From the NCBI GenBank assembly GCA_046542505.1, contig JBKHBH010000055.1, positions 1 through 13,482 on the forward strand: DNA of 13,482 nt. Reading direction: 5' to 3'. Origin of the DNA: Thermovirgaceae bacterium. GTDB taxonomy: Bacteria; Synergistota; Synergistia; Synergistales; Thermovirgaceae. Below are positions 1 to 7,726 of this stretch, in pieces (positions within the stretch are counted from its first letter, which is position 1; every line of letters starts with the position of its first letter). Below the pieces are notes generated by a model. The model saw only the letters and a program-made list of their open reading frames with translations. It did not search any database and had not been told where the DNA came from. Made by a program: the position numbers and the translations under genes.

Positions 1-1242
1 TGGAAGGATGTTCAACAGGGTTCCACGCCGCCCGGTGGAGTTGGTTCGGAAGGAGGAAAGCCAGATCCGGCCTCGCGGAGCAAAGGGCCCGGCGAAATCA
101 CGGAAGACCTGTCATCTCCGGCCCAGGGTGATCCTTTCGGTGCAGCTGCAGCTTCCGTCATTTCTCCAGGCCGGGACGGCGCCGAAGGCGGCTTTCCTGC
201 TGACGGGAAACAGCAACAGGGAGAAACGGGCAGGAAAGCGACGGGAACCGCAAGAGACCAGGCCGAAAGAGGGCCTGAAGGTTTTGCAAAGGGGTTCCGG
301 TCTGGAAAAGCCCTTGACGGCGCCTATGCTGCGGAGATCGAAGGAACAGAGACGGCGAAGACCGCCTTTGCACGGGCGGAGATCCGCCGCCGGTTCGAGG
401 TCCTGATGAGGGAGCATTCCATCGGCCCGAAGAAGGAAGGGACGCCGGGAGACCAAAAAGCCAGGGATCCGATGTCCCGACAAGAGGCCGATATCGTCAC
501 GCGACGCAGGGGGCCCTCCGCTTCGAACCCCGGGAATACTATGGAATCGGCGAAAAACATGAAAGTGACCGAAGCGGATGCCGGACGTCCCGGGTCGGGT
601 GTCACCCCAGGTCTGCAGGAAGACGGGGCACTCCAGGGTGGCGGGAAAATGTCCACCCGGCCGGAGGCCTTTTCAGGAAAAGGTCCTGACGCGACGGGGG
701 AAAGTCTGCAGGCCAAAGATGCCGGTCGCAGCGACGAATCACAGTCAATGCCCGGCGAAACGGCCGCTGCATCAGCGCTTGGGACGTCCAGGAGTGCGAC
801 AGGGCAAGCCGCTGACGTTGATCGGGCTGCAGCCCTGTCCCAGGGGATGGCCCGGGTTATCGAGGTCATCAAGGAGCGTGACGGTCACAAGGGCCGGATG
901 ATGCTGGAGCCGCCGGAACTGGGCAGCGTCAAAATCGAATTGCAGTCCTCCAAAGACCAAGTCCAGCTGCACCTCGTCGTCGAAAACACCCAGGCCAGGG
1001 AAATGATCGACCAGTCCCTGGACACGCTCCGTCAGTCCCTTGCACGGCAGGGCCTCACCCTTGCGGAAACCACCGTCGATGTGGGTGGTGGCGGAGGCAG
1101 TGACCAGACCGCATGGGAGACGGGTCAGGTACAGGGAACCGGCGGCGTCGAACCGGGCGCAGAAGGTGACGAGCCCCAGGTCCCGGAAGAGGTCGTGGCG
1201 AGGCTCGATATCGAAAAGGGCCTGTTGAACTGGATCGCCTAG
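1..1242 (+). CDS. fliK: Flagellar hook-length control protein FliK (5'-truncated)
   Basis: Frame +1 is open from base 1 (WKDVQQGSTPPGG...) straight into the 406..1242 ORF, so the gene begins before the window. A long G/P/E/A/S-rich low-complexity region is followed by a FliK C-terminal motif (MMLEPPELGSVKIEL...LHLVVENTQAREMIDQSLDTLRQSLARQGLTLAETTVDV). Stop TAG at 1240-1242. Confidence 0.9.
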   Translation, partial: WKDVQQGSTPPGGVGSEGGKPDPASRSKGPGEITEDLSSPAQGDPFGAAAASVISPGRDGAEGGFPADGKQQQGETGRKATGTARDQAERGPEGFAKGFRSGKALDGAYAAEIEGTETAKTAFARAEIRRRFEVLMREHSIGPKKEGTPGDQKARDPMSRQEADIVTRRRGPSASNPGNTMESAKNMKVTEADAGRPGSGVTPGLQEDGALQGGGKMSTRPEAFSGKGPDATGESLQAKDAGRSDESQSMPGETAAASALGTSRSATGQAADVDRAAALSQGMARVIEVIKERDGHKGRMMLEPPELGSVKIELQSSKDQVQLHLVVENTQAREMIDQSLDTLRQSLARQGLTLAETTVDVGGGGGSDQTAWETGQVQGTGGVEPGAEGDEPQVPEEVVARLDIEKGLLNWIA

Positions 1243-1266
1243 TTCGCCGGAAAGGAGAGGAACACG

Positions 1267-1713
1267 GTGTCCGCCAAAACCGATACGGTACGTCATCAAT
1301 ACCTGCATCAGAAAGTCCTCACGGCATCACGGGAGAAACTCCTGCTTCTGACCTTTGAAATCGCCATCGACACCTGTTCGAAAGCCGAGGAAACGATCCG
1401 GATCTCCGATTTCCAGGGAGCAAACGAGGCGCTCAAGACGGCACAGCAGGCCATCAGGGAGCTCCAGTTCGCGCTGCGTCCTGACAAGGCCGAGGAACTG
1501 GCCGACAATCTGAACAGGCTCTATGACTTCATGCGCCAGGAACTGATCGAGGCGAATGTGAAAAAGGATGCCGAAAAGATCGCAAATGTCCGCAGCATGC
1601 TTGAGGATCTGGCAGGAGCATGGCGCGAGGCCGTCGAGGCCGCCGCGCAGGAACACCCGAACTCATCGGCCGGACGGGAAATGATCGGCGGCGCACTGGA
1701 CATTTCCTACTGA
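1267..1713 (+). CDS. fliS: Flagellin export chaperone FliS
   Basis: GTG start after AAGGAGAGG (1252-1260). FliS motifs: YLHQKVLTASREKLLLLTFE, KTAQQAIRELQFAL, ELADNLNRLYDFM...LIEANVKKD, LEDLAGAWREA. Confidence 0.95.
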   Translation: MSAKTDTVRHQYLHQKVLTASREKLLLLTFEIAIDTCSKAEETIRISDFQGANEALKTAQQAIRELQFALRPDKAEELADNLNRLYDFMRQELIEANVKKDAEKIANVRSMLEDLAGAWREAVEAAAQEHPNSSAGREMIGGALDISY

Positions 1714-1728
1714 ACACCAGGACAAAAA

Positions 1729-1778
1729 GACGAAAGGAAAGAGGCCCCGGGAAGAACCGGGGCCTCTTTCCTTTCGTC
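1729..1778. terminator. Bidirectional intrinsic terminator between convergent fliS and flgK
   Basis: Perfect 22-bp inverted repeat GACGAAAGGAAAGAGGCCCCGG (1729-1750) / CCGGGGCCTCTTTCCTTTCGTC (1757-1778) with a 6-nt loop GAAGAA and pyrimidine tracts on both strands. Confidence 0.9.
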
Positions 1779-1787
1779 AACCGACCG

Positions 1788-4253
1788 CTACCTTCCCGTA
1801 ATGCCCATCCTGGTGATGACCGTGTCCAGAAGCTCGTCCAGGACGGTGACGTACCTGGAAATCGCCTTGTAGGACTGCTGGTACTGCACCAGGTCCATCA
1901 TTTCCTCATCGACGTTGACGCCTGATACGGATTGCCGCTGGGTGTCGATCTGTTCCAGCAGGGTCTGCTGGTTTTCGTCCATCACGGCGGACTGACGGCT
2001 CTGGGAACCCAGGGAGGAGACGAAGGACGTGTAATGATCGTCGATGGTGGCCGACTCTTCGTTGTAGATGGGTTTTTCAAAAAGGCCGAGCATTTCCAGG
2101 GCGATGCTCCCGTCGCCGCTTCCGCTCGAGTGCCCCGTCCCGTCCCCCGCGGCGGCGGCCAGGAGGCTCGGATCCTCGAGAAGGTCTCCATTGACCCGAA
2201 GGGAGGAGGCTGCCCCGGCAGGCGCCGTCAGCGGCTTGAAGAGGTTTGTTCCCGTCAGACCGTCGTTTGCCCCTGAGGCGTGTCCCGAGGAATGAACGGC
2301 GTTGAAGCGATCCGAGAATATTTTGGCGAAATTGTCCAAAAAATCGAGGATGCCGACTACGACGTCGTCCCGGGATGAAAGCAGCCCGGCGATATACCCG
2401 TTCTGGAGATGCCGCTCGACGCGTATCTCCGCGGATCCGTTGCCCTTGAGCTTGAAGCGGACACCGTCGAGGACGGTCTGCATCGTGTCGGCCCTGTAGC
2501 CGTCGTTGCTCGTTACCAGCCGGGCCTCGGAGAACTCGTTGACGGAGGAGAGGTAGGTCATGCCGTCCACAGAGAAACGGGCGTCCTGCGAATGAGCCAG
2601 AACGCGGGTGCCATCGCCCCCGTCGACGAGGCCGAGCGATTCGGCCACCGACATGGACTTGCCCGGCATGGACCCCACGTTGATCCGGTACTCTTCGCCC
2701 ACGTTGCGGCTCTCGAGCCGGAGGTAAAAAGTGCCGTCCGTGGCCTCTTCTACTGAGGCTGTCAGCCATTCCCCGGGTTCGTCGGGCGATCCCTCCCCGG
2801 AGCCGAAGGCGCTGTTGATCTTGTTGGCGATGGTCTGGAGGGAGTCTTCCTCGTTGACTTCGATGTTCACCTTTGGTGCGGGTGCGCCGACATCGAGTTT
2901 TGAGACCAGGTCTCCCTCGATGTCGGAGAAAGACAGCAGGTGTCCCTCGGGGTTTTCGAAGGTTATTTTTTCTCCCTCCACCGTTGCGACAGCGGGGACG
3001 CCGTTGGTAGTGTCGTTGACGTAGTCGGCAAGATCCTGCAGGGTGAGTTGGCTTCCGACGCCGTTTCCGTCAATGACCCATTCAGGCGTTGCGGCGGTAT
3101 CGTCCCATTCAATCTCGACGACTTTTTCCTCCTCGCCCGCGGTGACGCGGAAGGCGTAGCTCGTGGGTGCGCCCGTGGCGGAGGGGTCGTCCAGGACAGT
3201 GTCCCCGTCGATCTCCCTGGATGTTGCCGCGAGTCCACTTGTGCCCACCTGGAGACTGAAACCGCCCGTCATCCCCAATGCCTCCGCAGCGGATTCATAG
3301 CCGCCGCCCGTATCGGTGCCGACGGCCCACCGTGTTTGTGAAGCGATGCGCTCCACTTCGAGGGAGTGAATGCCTTCGGCGGCGCCGCGCTCGATGAGAC
3401 ATTCCGCCACTTCCGGCCTGTCCACGGCCTTGAAGAGGTTTTCCTCCACCTGGACGTCGTAGAAGCCGCCGTTGCCTTCCTGGGGCACCAGCACCAGGTG
3501 ACGGGTTTCCTTGCCCTGGACGAGGTGTTTGCCGTCCAGGGAAACGATGAAATCGCCGCGCTGCGAGTTGTAGGATGCCGTGATATTGGCCAGCCTGGCG
3601 AGTTGTTCCACCAGCAGGTCCCGCTGGTCCATGAGATCGTTGGGCGTGTTTCCCATGGCCTCGACGGTCTTGATCTGTGCGTTCAGCGCCGCGATCCGGT
3701 CGATGAGGTCGTTGGCCTCTTCCACCTTGAGGGAGATCTCGTCGTTCAGGGACGTTCTGAATTCCGAAGAGTTCGAGTCAATCTGTCCCAGGAGATGACA
3801 GAAGTTATCCGCCTCCTGGAGGACGTTTTCCCTGGTACTTGCCGAATCGGGACGCTTGTGGAATTCCTGGAGGGCCTGGTTGAAGGTATCGAGTGCCGTG
3901 GATAGTCCCGAGTCCGAGGGTTCCCCCACGAACATTTCCAGGTACTCCATGGACCTCGTAACGGCTTCCCAGAACCCGCCCTCGATGGATTCCTGGCGGA
4001 ACTGGGCGTCCAGAAATTCGCTGCGGATCCTCCGGATGGCGTCGATGCCCACGCCGGTCCCGATCTGGCCTGGCTGGCCCGAACCGTTCATGCCGGGAGC
4101 TGTAAAAGGTGTCGTCGGAGAGGCCTCGACGCGTTGTCGCGAATAGCCCTCCACATCGGCGTTGCTGATGTTGTGTCCCGCCGTCTCGATGCCCTGACGG
4201 AAAAAGCTCATGGCTCTTCGGGCGATCTCGAGCCCGGAAAAGGTGTTGGACAT
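1788..4253 (-). CDS. flgK: Hook-associated protein 1 FlgK, enlarged (~821 aa) by a central FliD-like insertion
   Basis: N-terminal GLEIARRAM...TAGHNISNADVEGYSRQRV, GQIGTGV, NDLMDQRDLLVEQLARL, and C-terminal QRQSVSGVNVDEEMMDLVQYQQSYKA are FlgK hallmarks. ATG at 4253 is preferred over TTG at 4259 because GGAGGA (4266-4261) lies 7 nt upstream of the ATG. Confidence 0.93.
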   Translation of the reverse strand: MSNTFSGLEIARRAMSFFRQGIETAGHNISNADVEGYSRQRVEASPTTPFTAPGMNGSGQPGQIGTGVGIDAIRRIRSEFLDAQFRQESIEGGFWEAVTRSMEYLEMFVGEPSDSGLSTALDTFNQALQEFHKRPDSASTRENVLQEADNFCHLLGQIDSNSSEFRTSLNDEISLKVEEANDLIDRIAALNAQIKTVEAMGNTPNDLMDQRDLLVEQLARLANITASYNSQRGDFIVSLDGKHLVQGKETRHLVLVPQEGNGGFYDVQVEENLFKAVDRPEVAECLIERGAAEGIHSLEVERIASQTRWAVGTDTGGGYESAAEALGMTGGFSLQVGTSGLAATSREIDGDTVLDDPSATGAPTSYAFRVTAGEEEKVVEIEWDDTAATPEWVIDGNGVGSQLTLQDLADYVNDTTNGVPAVATVEGEKITFENPEGHLLSFSDIEGDLVSKLDVGAPAPKVNIEVNEEDSLQTIANKINSAFGSGEGSPDEPGEWLTASVEEATDGTFYLRLESRNVGEEYRINVGSMPGKSMSVAESLGLVDGGDGTRVLAHSQDARFSVDGMTYLSSVNEFSEARLVTSNDGYRADTMQTVLDGVRFKLKGNGSAEIRVERHLQNGYIAGLLSSRDDVVVGILDFLDNFAKIFSDRFNAVHSSGHASGANDGLTGTNLFKPLTAPAGAASSLRVNGDLLEDPSLLAAAAGDGTGHSSGSGDGSIALEMLGLFEKPIYNEESATIDDHYTSFVSSLGSQSRQSAVMDENQQTLLEQIDTQRQSVSGVNVDEEMMDLVQYQQSYKAISRYVTVLDELLDTVITRMGITGR

Positions 4254-4290
4254 GGCCAATTCCTCCGATGATAAAAGTAGGGACTTCTGA

Positions 4291-4376
4291 TTTGCCCGTG
4301 AACCGGTGGTCCCGTTTTACGTATCGGACATCCGGAGTGTAAAAAACAGGGTGACCACCGTTCACAGGGAGCGAAA
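4291..4376. repeat. Long imperfect inverted repeat in the divergent flgK/flgA intergenic region
   Basis: GTGAAC(C)GGTGGTC (4298-4311) pairs with GACCACCGTTCAC (4353-4365). Inner TTTTAC (4315-4320) pairs with GTAAAA (4339-4344). Weaker outer extensions CCC/GGG and TTTGC/GCGAAA. Confidence 0.7.
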
Positions 4377-4445
4377 CACGATTTAGCCTCATATGCAAAA
4401 AACGTTCTTTATCGCGAAAGAATATAAAAAGGGGCAGGTGGCCCG

Positions 4446-5180
4446 ATGATGAAAAATATGGCGGCCTTTCTTTCAATCCTGTGTCTTGTAGTCTCCGCCA
4501 CACCCGCCCGGGGAGCGGCTTACCCTCCCGTGCATCTTGAGGGCGTACAGGTGTCCCGCGATGACGGGGCCCCATTTCTCATGGACCTTGTCGCGTCAGC
4601 CTACGGCGGGAAGGTTCCCTTCAGTCGTATCGTCATGGAGCCTGAAGTCTTTGGTGTCTTCGGGGAGATCGTCACCCCCGACAAGCTCACGCCGGGGACC
4701 CCCTCGGCAACCTTCCGGGTCAAAACCGGAAGCGGCAGGACCCAGGCGGTAACGGTCCGCTTTGAATGGCATGCCCCGATGGTGGTTGCGACGCGGGAAA
4801 TAGCCCGCGGGGAAATCATCTCTGCAGAGGCCCTGGACATCCGTGTGGCGACCTATAAAAGAAGCGACGGGCGGGTTTTCAGCAAAATCTCCGGTATCGA
4901 GGGCAAAAGGGCGTCCAGGAGGATCCGCGCCGGATCGGCCCTTTCGCGCAGGGACGTGGATGTGGTGTACCTCGTCGAGCGGAGGGACCCCGTGATGGTC
5001 CTTTCCAGAAGCGGATTTGTGACGGCCTCCCTCGAGGGAGTCGCCCTTGAAAGCGGCGACAGGGGAGACATCATCGAAGTCCGGATTCCCAGGTACAGAA
5101 ACGACCGTCTTGCCGCCATCACCGGCAGGGGCAGGGTCGAGCTCGTCGGCGCACAGGTCCGGCAGGAGGGAGTGAAATGA
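4446..5180 (+). CDS. flgA: Flagellar P-ring assembly chaperone FlgA
   Basis: Sec signal peptide (...ATPARGA). SAF-type motifs VVATREIARGEIISAEAL and GKRASRRIRAGSAL. C-terminal LVERRDPV...SLEGVALESGDRGDIIEVR. Directly upstream of flgH/flgI. Confidence 0.9.
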   Translation: MMKNMAAFLSILCLVVSATPARGAAYPPVHLEGVQVSRDDGAPFLMDLVASAYGGKVPFSRIVMEPEVFGVFGEIVTPDKLTPGTPSATFRVKTGSGRTQAVTVRFEWHAPMVVATREIARGEIISAEALDIRVATYKRSDGRVFSKISGIEGKRASRRIRAGSALSRRDVDVVYLVERRDPVMVLSRSGFVTASLEGVALESGDRGDIIEVRIPRYRNDRLAAITGRGRVELVGAQVRQEGVK

Positions 5181-5749
5181 ATATGAAAAAGATCGGGATA
5201 CCCCTTTTTATCCTTTGCATGTTGGTCTCTGCGGCTTGTGCGGAGTCGCTGTGGTCCGACGGACCGTCGCTGGTGGCGGATCACAGGCCGGGGCAGGTGG
5301 GCGATATCGTTACCGTGGAAGTCGCCGAAAAAACCAGCACGGAAGACACGTCGGAAACGGAGCTGGAAAAGGGCAACAGCCATTCCGTTTCAGACGGTCT
5401 CGGGATTCTTAATTTCATCAGGGCACTGGGTTTCGATACCTCGAGTAGCATGAGCGGCGAAGGGGCCAGGGAGAGATCCCACAGCATGAACACCACCATC
5501 ACCTGCACTGTTACCGAAGTCCTTCCGGGCGGCAACATCCGCCTCGAGGGCAGGCGGGATTTCCTGGTGCAGAAGGAAACCATGACTCTCAAGCTCAGCG
5601 GCCTCGCCAGGCCCCAGGATGTGGGGCCCGACAACGTGATACAAAGCGACAGGCTCGCCGATGTTACCGTCGAGGTCGAGGGTGTCGGCAGTATCAGCGA
5701 CGTGCAGAACCCCGGATTTTTGACCAAGCTTTTCAACCTCATTTTCTGA
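5177..5749 (+). CDS. flgH: Flagellar L-ring protein FlgH
   Basis: SLW...LVADHRPGQVGDIVTVEVAE, ITCTVTEVLPGGNIRLEGRR, LSGLARPQDVGPDNVIQSDRLAD, QNPGFLTKLF. ATGA overlap with the flgA stop; RBS AGGAGGGAG. Confidence 0.95.
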   Translation: MNMKKIGIPLFILCMLVSAACAESLWSDGPSLVADHRPGQVGDIVTVEVAEKTSTEDTSETELEKGNSHSVSDGLGILNFIRALGFDTSSSMSGEGARERSHSMNTTITCTVTEVLPGGNIRLEGRRDFLVQKETMTLKLSGLARPQDVGPDNVIQSDRLADVTVEVEGVGSISDVQNPGFLTKLFNLIF

Positions 5750-5774
5750 TCCTGAAGCAGGGAGCGTAGTTACC

Positions 5775-6926
5775 ATGAAGAAACCAGATCACCAGCGAAG
5801 GCAGTCAAAACGGAGCACGATCCATTTCTGTGCGGTTATCCTTTGTGTTGCCCTGTGCATTTCGGCTTTTGCCCTTCCGGCGGAAGCCCGGGTTCACCCC
5901 ATGACGCGCCTCAAGGATATCGGGCGCTTCGAAGGCGTGAGGCCCAACCAGCTCGTCGGCATGGGGCTTGTGATGGGTCTCCAGGGGACGGGAGACAGAG
6001 GAGATCTGGTAGAGGCCATGCTTGGCAACCTGATGGAAAATTTCGGTATCACACTGAGCCGAAGCGACCTCAGGAGCCGCAACGCCGCAGTAGTGAACGT
6101 TACATGCGAGCTGCCCCCCTTTGTCAGGGCCGGTGAACAGATCGATGTGACGGTGAGCGCTGCAGGCGATGCAAAAAGCCTCGAAGGCGGAGTTCTCCTT
6201 CAGACTCCTCTCAAGGCGGCCAACGGACAGGTCTACGCCGTCGCCCAGGGGCCGCTCTCCATCGGAGGATTTTCCGCAGAGGCCGCCGGTTCCAGGGTGT
6301 CGAAAAACATGACAAATACGGCACGGATCCCCAACGGGGCCATCGTTGAGCAGGAAACATCCTGGCAGGCCGGAAGTGGCGACGCGATCCGCTTTTTCCT
6401 CCGCCGGCCCGATTTTACCACCGCCGACAGGGTGGCTTCCAGGATCAACGACATGTATGGTCCGATTGCAGTCGTCACCGACGCAGGATGCATCGAGATG
6501 CGGCTGCCGGCGGAATACGGGGGCAATCCCTCGCGGTTTATCGCGGCCGTGGAGACTTTCGAAGTCAGGCCCGACGCGTTGGCCAGGGTGGTCGTCAACG
6601 AACGCACCGGGACGGTTACCATGGGCGGAAATGTCCGCATCAGCGAAGTCGCCGTCGCCCACGGGAACCTTACCGTCTCTATCGAGGCCGAGCCCGAGGT
6701 GAGCCAACCGGATCCCTTCTCCCTCGGCGAGACGGTGGAAGGGGAACGCGCAACCATCGAGGCCGAGGAGGATGAGGGCCACCTGACGCGGATGGAATCC
6801 ACTGCTACGGTGGAAGATGTTGTGGAAAGCCTGAACGCCCTGGGAGCGACGCCGAGAGATATTATTACCATACTGCAGGCCATAGACCAGGCTGGGGCCC
6901 TTCAGGGCGAACTTGTAGTGATGTAG
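5775..6926 (+). CDS. flgI: Flagellar P-ring protein FlgI
   Basis: RLKDIGRFEGVRPNQLVGMGLVMGLQGTGD, RNAAVVNVTCELPPF, GDAKSLEGGVLLQTPL, ARVVVNERTGTV, VAVAHGNLTV, LNALGATPRDIITILQAI. Signal peptide ending PAEA. Confidence 0.97.
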   Translation: MKKPDHQRRQSKRSTIHFCAVILCVALCISAFALPAEARVHPMTRLKDIGRFEGVRPNQLVGMGLVMGLQGTGDRGDLVEAMLGNLMENFGITLSRSDLRSRNAAVVNVTCELPPFVRAGEQIDVTVSAAGDAKSLEGGVLLQTPLKAANGQVYAVAQGPLSIGGFSAEAAGSRVSKNMTNTARIPNGAIVEQETSWQAGSGDAIRFFLRRPDFTTADRVASRINDMYGPIAVVTDAGCIEMRLPAEYGGNPSRFIAAVETFEVRPDALARVVVNERTGTVTMGGNVRISEVAVAHGNLTVSIEAEPEVSQPDPFSLGETVEGERATIEAEEDEGHLTRMESTATVEDVVESLNALGATPRDIITILQAIDQAGALQGELVVM

Positions 6927-6938
6927 GGGGAATAGGGC

Positions 6939-7229
6939 ATGATTGATCCCGTATCTTTGCAGGAGACTGTTCCCCAGGGGGCAAACTCCACGGAACAGAG
7001 GGAAAAGGCAAAACTCCAGGAAGCCTGCAAGCAGTTTGAGTCCATCTTTCTGGCGAAGATGCTCAAGCAGGCGCGAACGGACGAAACCTTTTGGAAAGAG
7101 CGTGAAAAATCCCCTTTCGGGGCCCTGGAGGAGACGGCCATGGAAATGACCGCTGAAGCCCTGTCCGAACAGGGCGGGATAGGCCTCTGGGAAATGCTGT
7201 ACGAGAGTCTTGAAGACAACGCGGAATAG
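6939..7229 (+). CDS. flgJ: Short FlgJ (rod-binding domain only)
   Basis: KLQEACKQFESIFLAKMLKQAR...AEALSEQGGIGLWEMLYESL is the FlgJ N-terminal rod-binding motif. It follows flgI and has no muramidase domain. Confidence 0.9.
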   Translation: MIDPVSLQETVPQGANSTEQREKAKLQEACKQFESIFLAKMLKQARTDETFWKEREKSPFGALEETAMEMTAEALSEQGGIGLWEMLYESLEDNAE

Positions 7230-7243
7230 GGGAGGAGTGTCCC

Positions 7244-7720
7244 ATGGGCAGGATGATGAGTCAGGAAGAATTGCGTCCTTTTGTGGATGTGCTGATCATG
7301 AAGAACAGCGATCAGGAACAGGCCCTCGCGGACCTGCTTGGGATCCTCAAGCGGGAGCGGAAAGCCCTCCAGGAGGGCCGGTCGGAGCTTTTGCCGGGAC
7401 TTTTGGCGGAACTTCAGGAGGTTTCGAGCCGGGCCATGAGGGCCGAGGCGGAGCGTGATGCCCAGGCCAGGGAACTGGCGGACCTCCTCGAATGCCGGCC
7501 CGTGCTCCGTGAAATCTGCAAGGCCCTGCCCGAAGGAGAGGCCAAACGGCTCGGGAATCAGGCCAAGGGGCTCATCGCCGCAGTCTCGGCCCTGAGGGAG
7601 GTCAACTATATCCTTTCCCGGCAGGCCCAGCAGCAGCGCTTTCTCGCGGAAATGATCCTCGAGCGTCTCAAACATCTGTCACCGGGTTCGGGCATGGGGG
7701 CTTTGGACACCACGGCCTGA
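7244..7720 (+). CDS. flgN: FlgN-family export chaperone
   Basis: Helical 158-aa protein with FlgN-like segments LLGILKRERKALQEGRSELL, RAEAERDAQARELA, and LREVNYILSRQAQQ. RBS GGAGGAG upstream; flagellar context. Confidence 0.75.
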   Translation: MGRMMSQEELRPFVDVLIMKNSDQEQALADLLGILKRERKALQEGRSELLPGLLAELQEVSSRAMRAEAERDAQARELADLLECRPVLREICKALPEGEAKRLGNQAKGLIAAVSALREVNYILSRQAQQQRFLAEMILERLKHLSPGSGMGALDTTA

Positions 7721-7726
7721 AAAGCC

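Noticed and set aside
8..406. 132-aa ORF in frame +2, as a separate gene or a frameshifted fliK N-terminus
   Set aside because: Frame +1 is continuously open from base 1 into fliK. The +2 ORF is an R/P-rich shadow frame, so no frameshift is needed.
4297..4367. Integron attC-like site (AAC...GTT hairpin with bulges)
   Set aside because: The flanks do not match RYYYAAC/GTTRRRY, there is a single copy, and there is no cassette or integrase context.
4394..4410. Sigma54 promoter on the minus strand (AAAGAACG-TTTT-TTGCA)
   Set aside because: The near-invariant -24 GG is AG here.
5805..6782. 325-aa antisense ORF, and similar long antisense ORFs within flgK, cheB and the MCP
   Set aside because: They lie entirely opposite well-conserved genes, as expected in high-GC DNA, and show no recognisable motifs.
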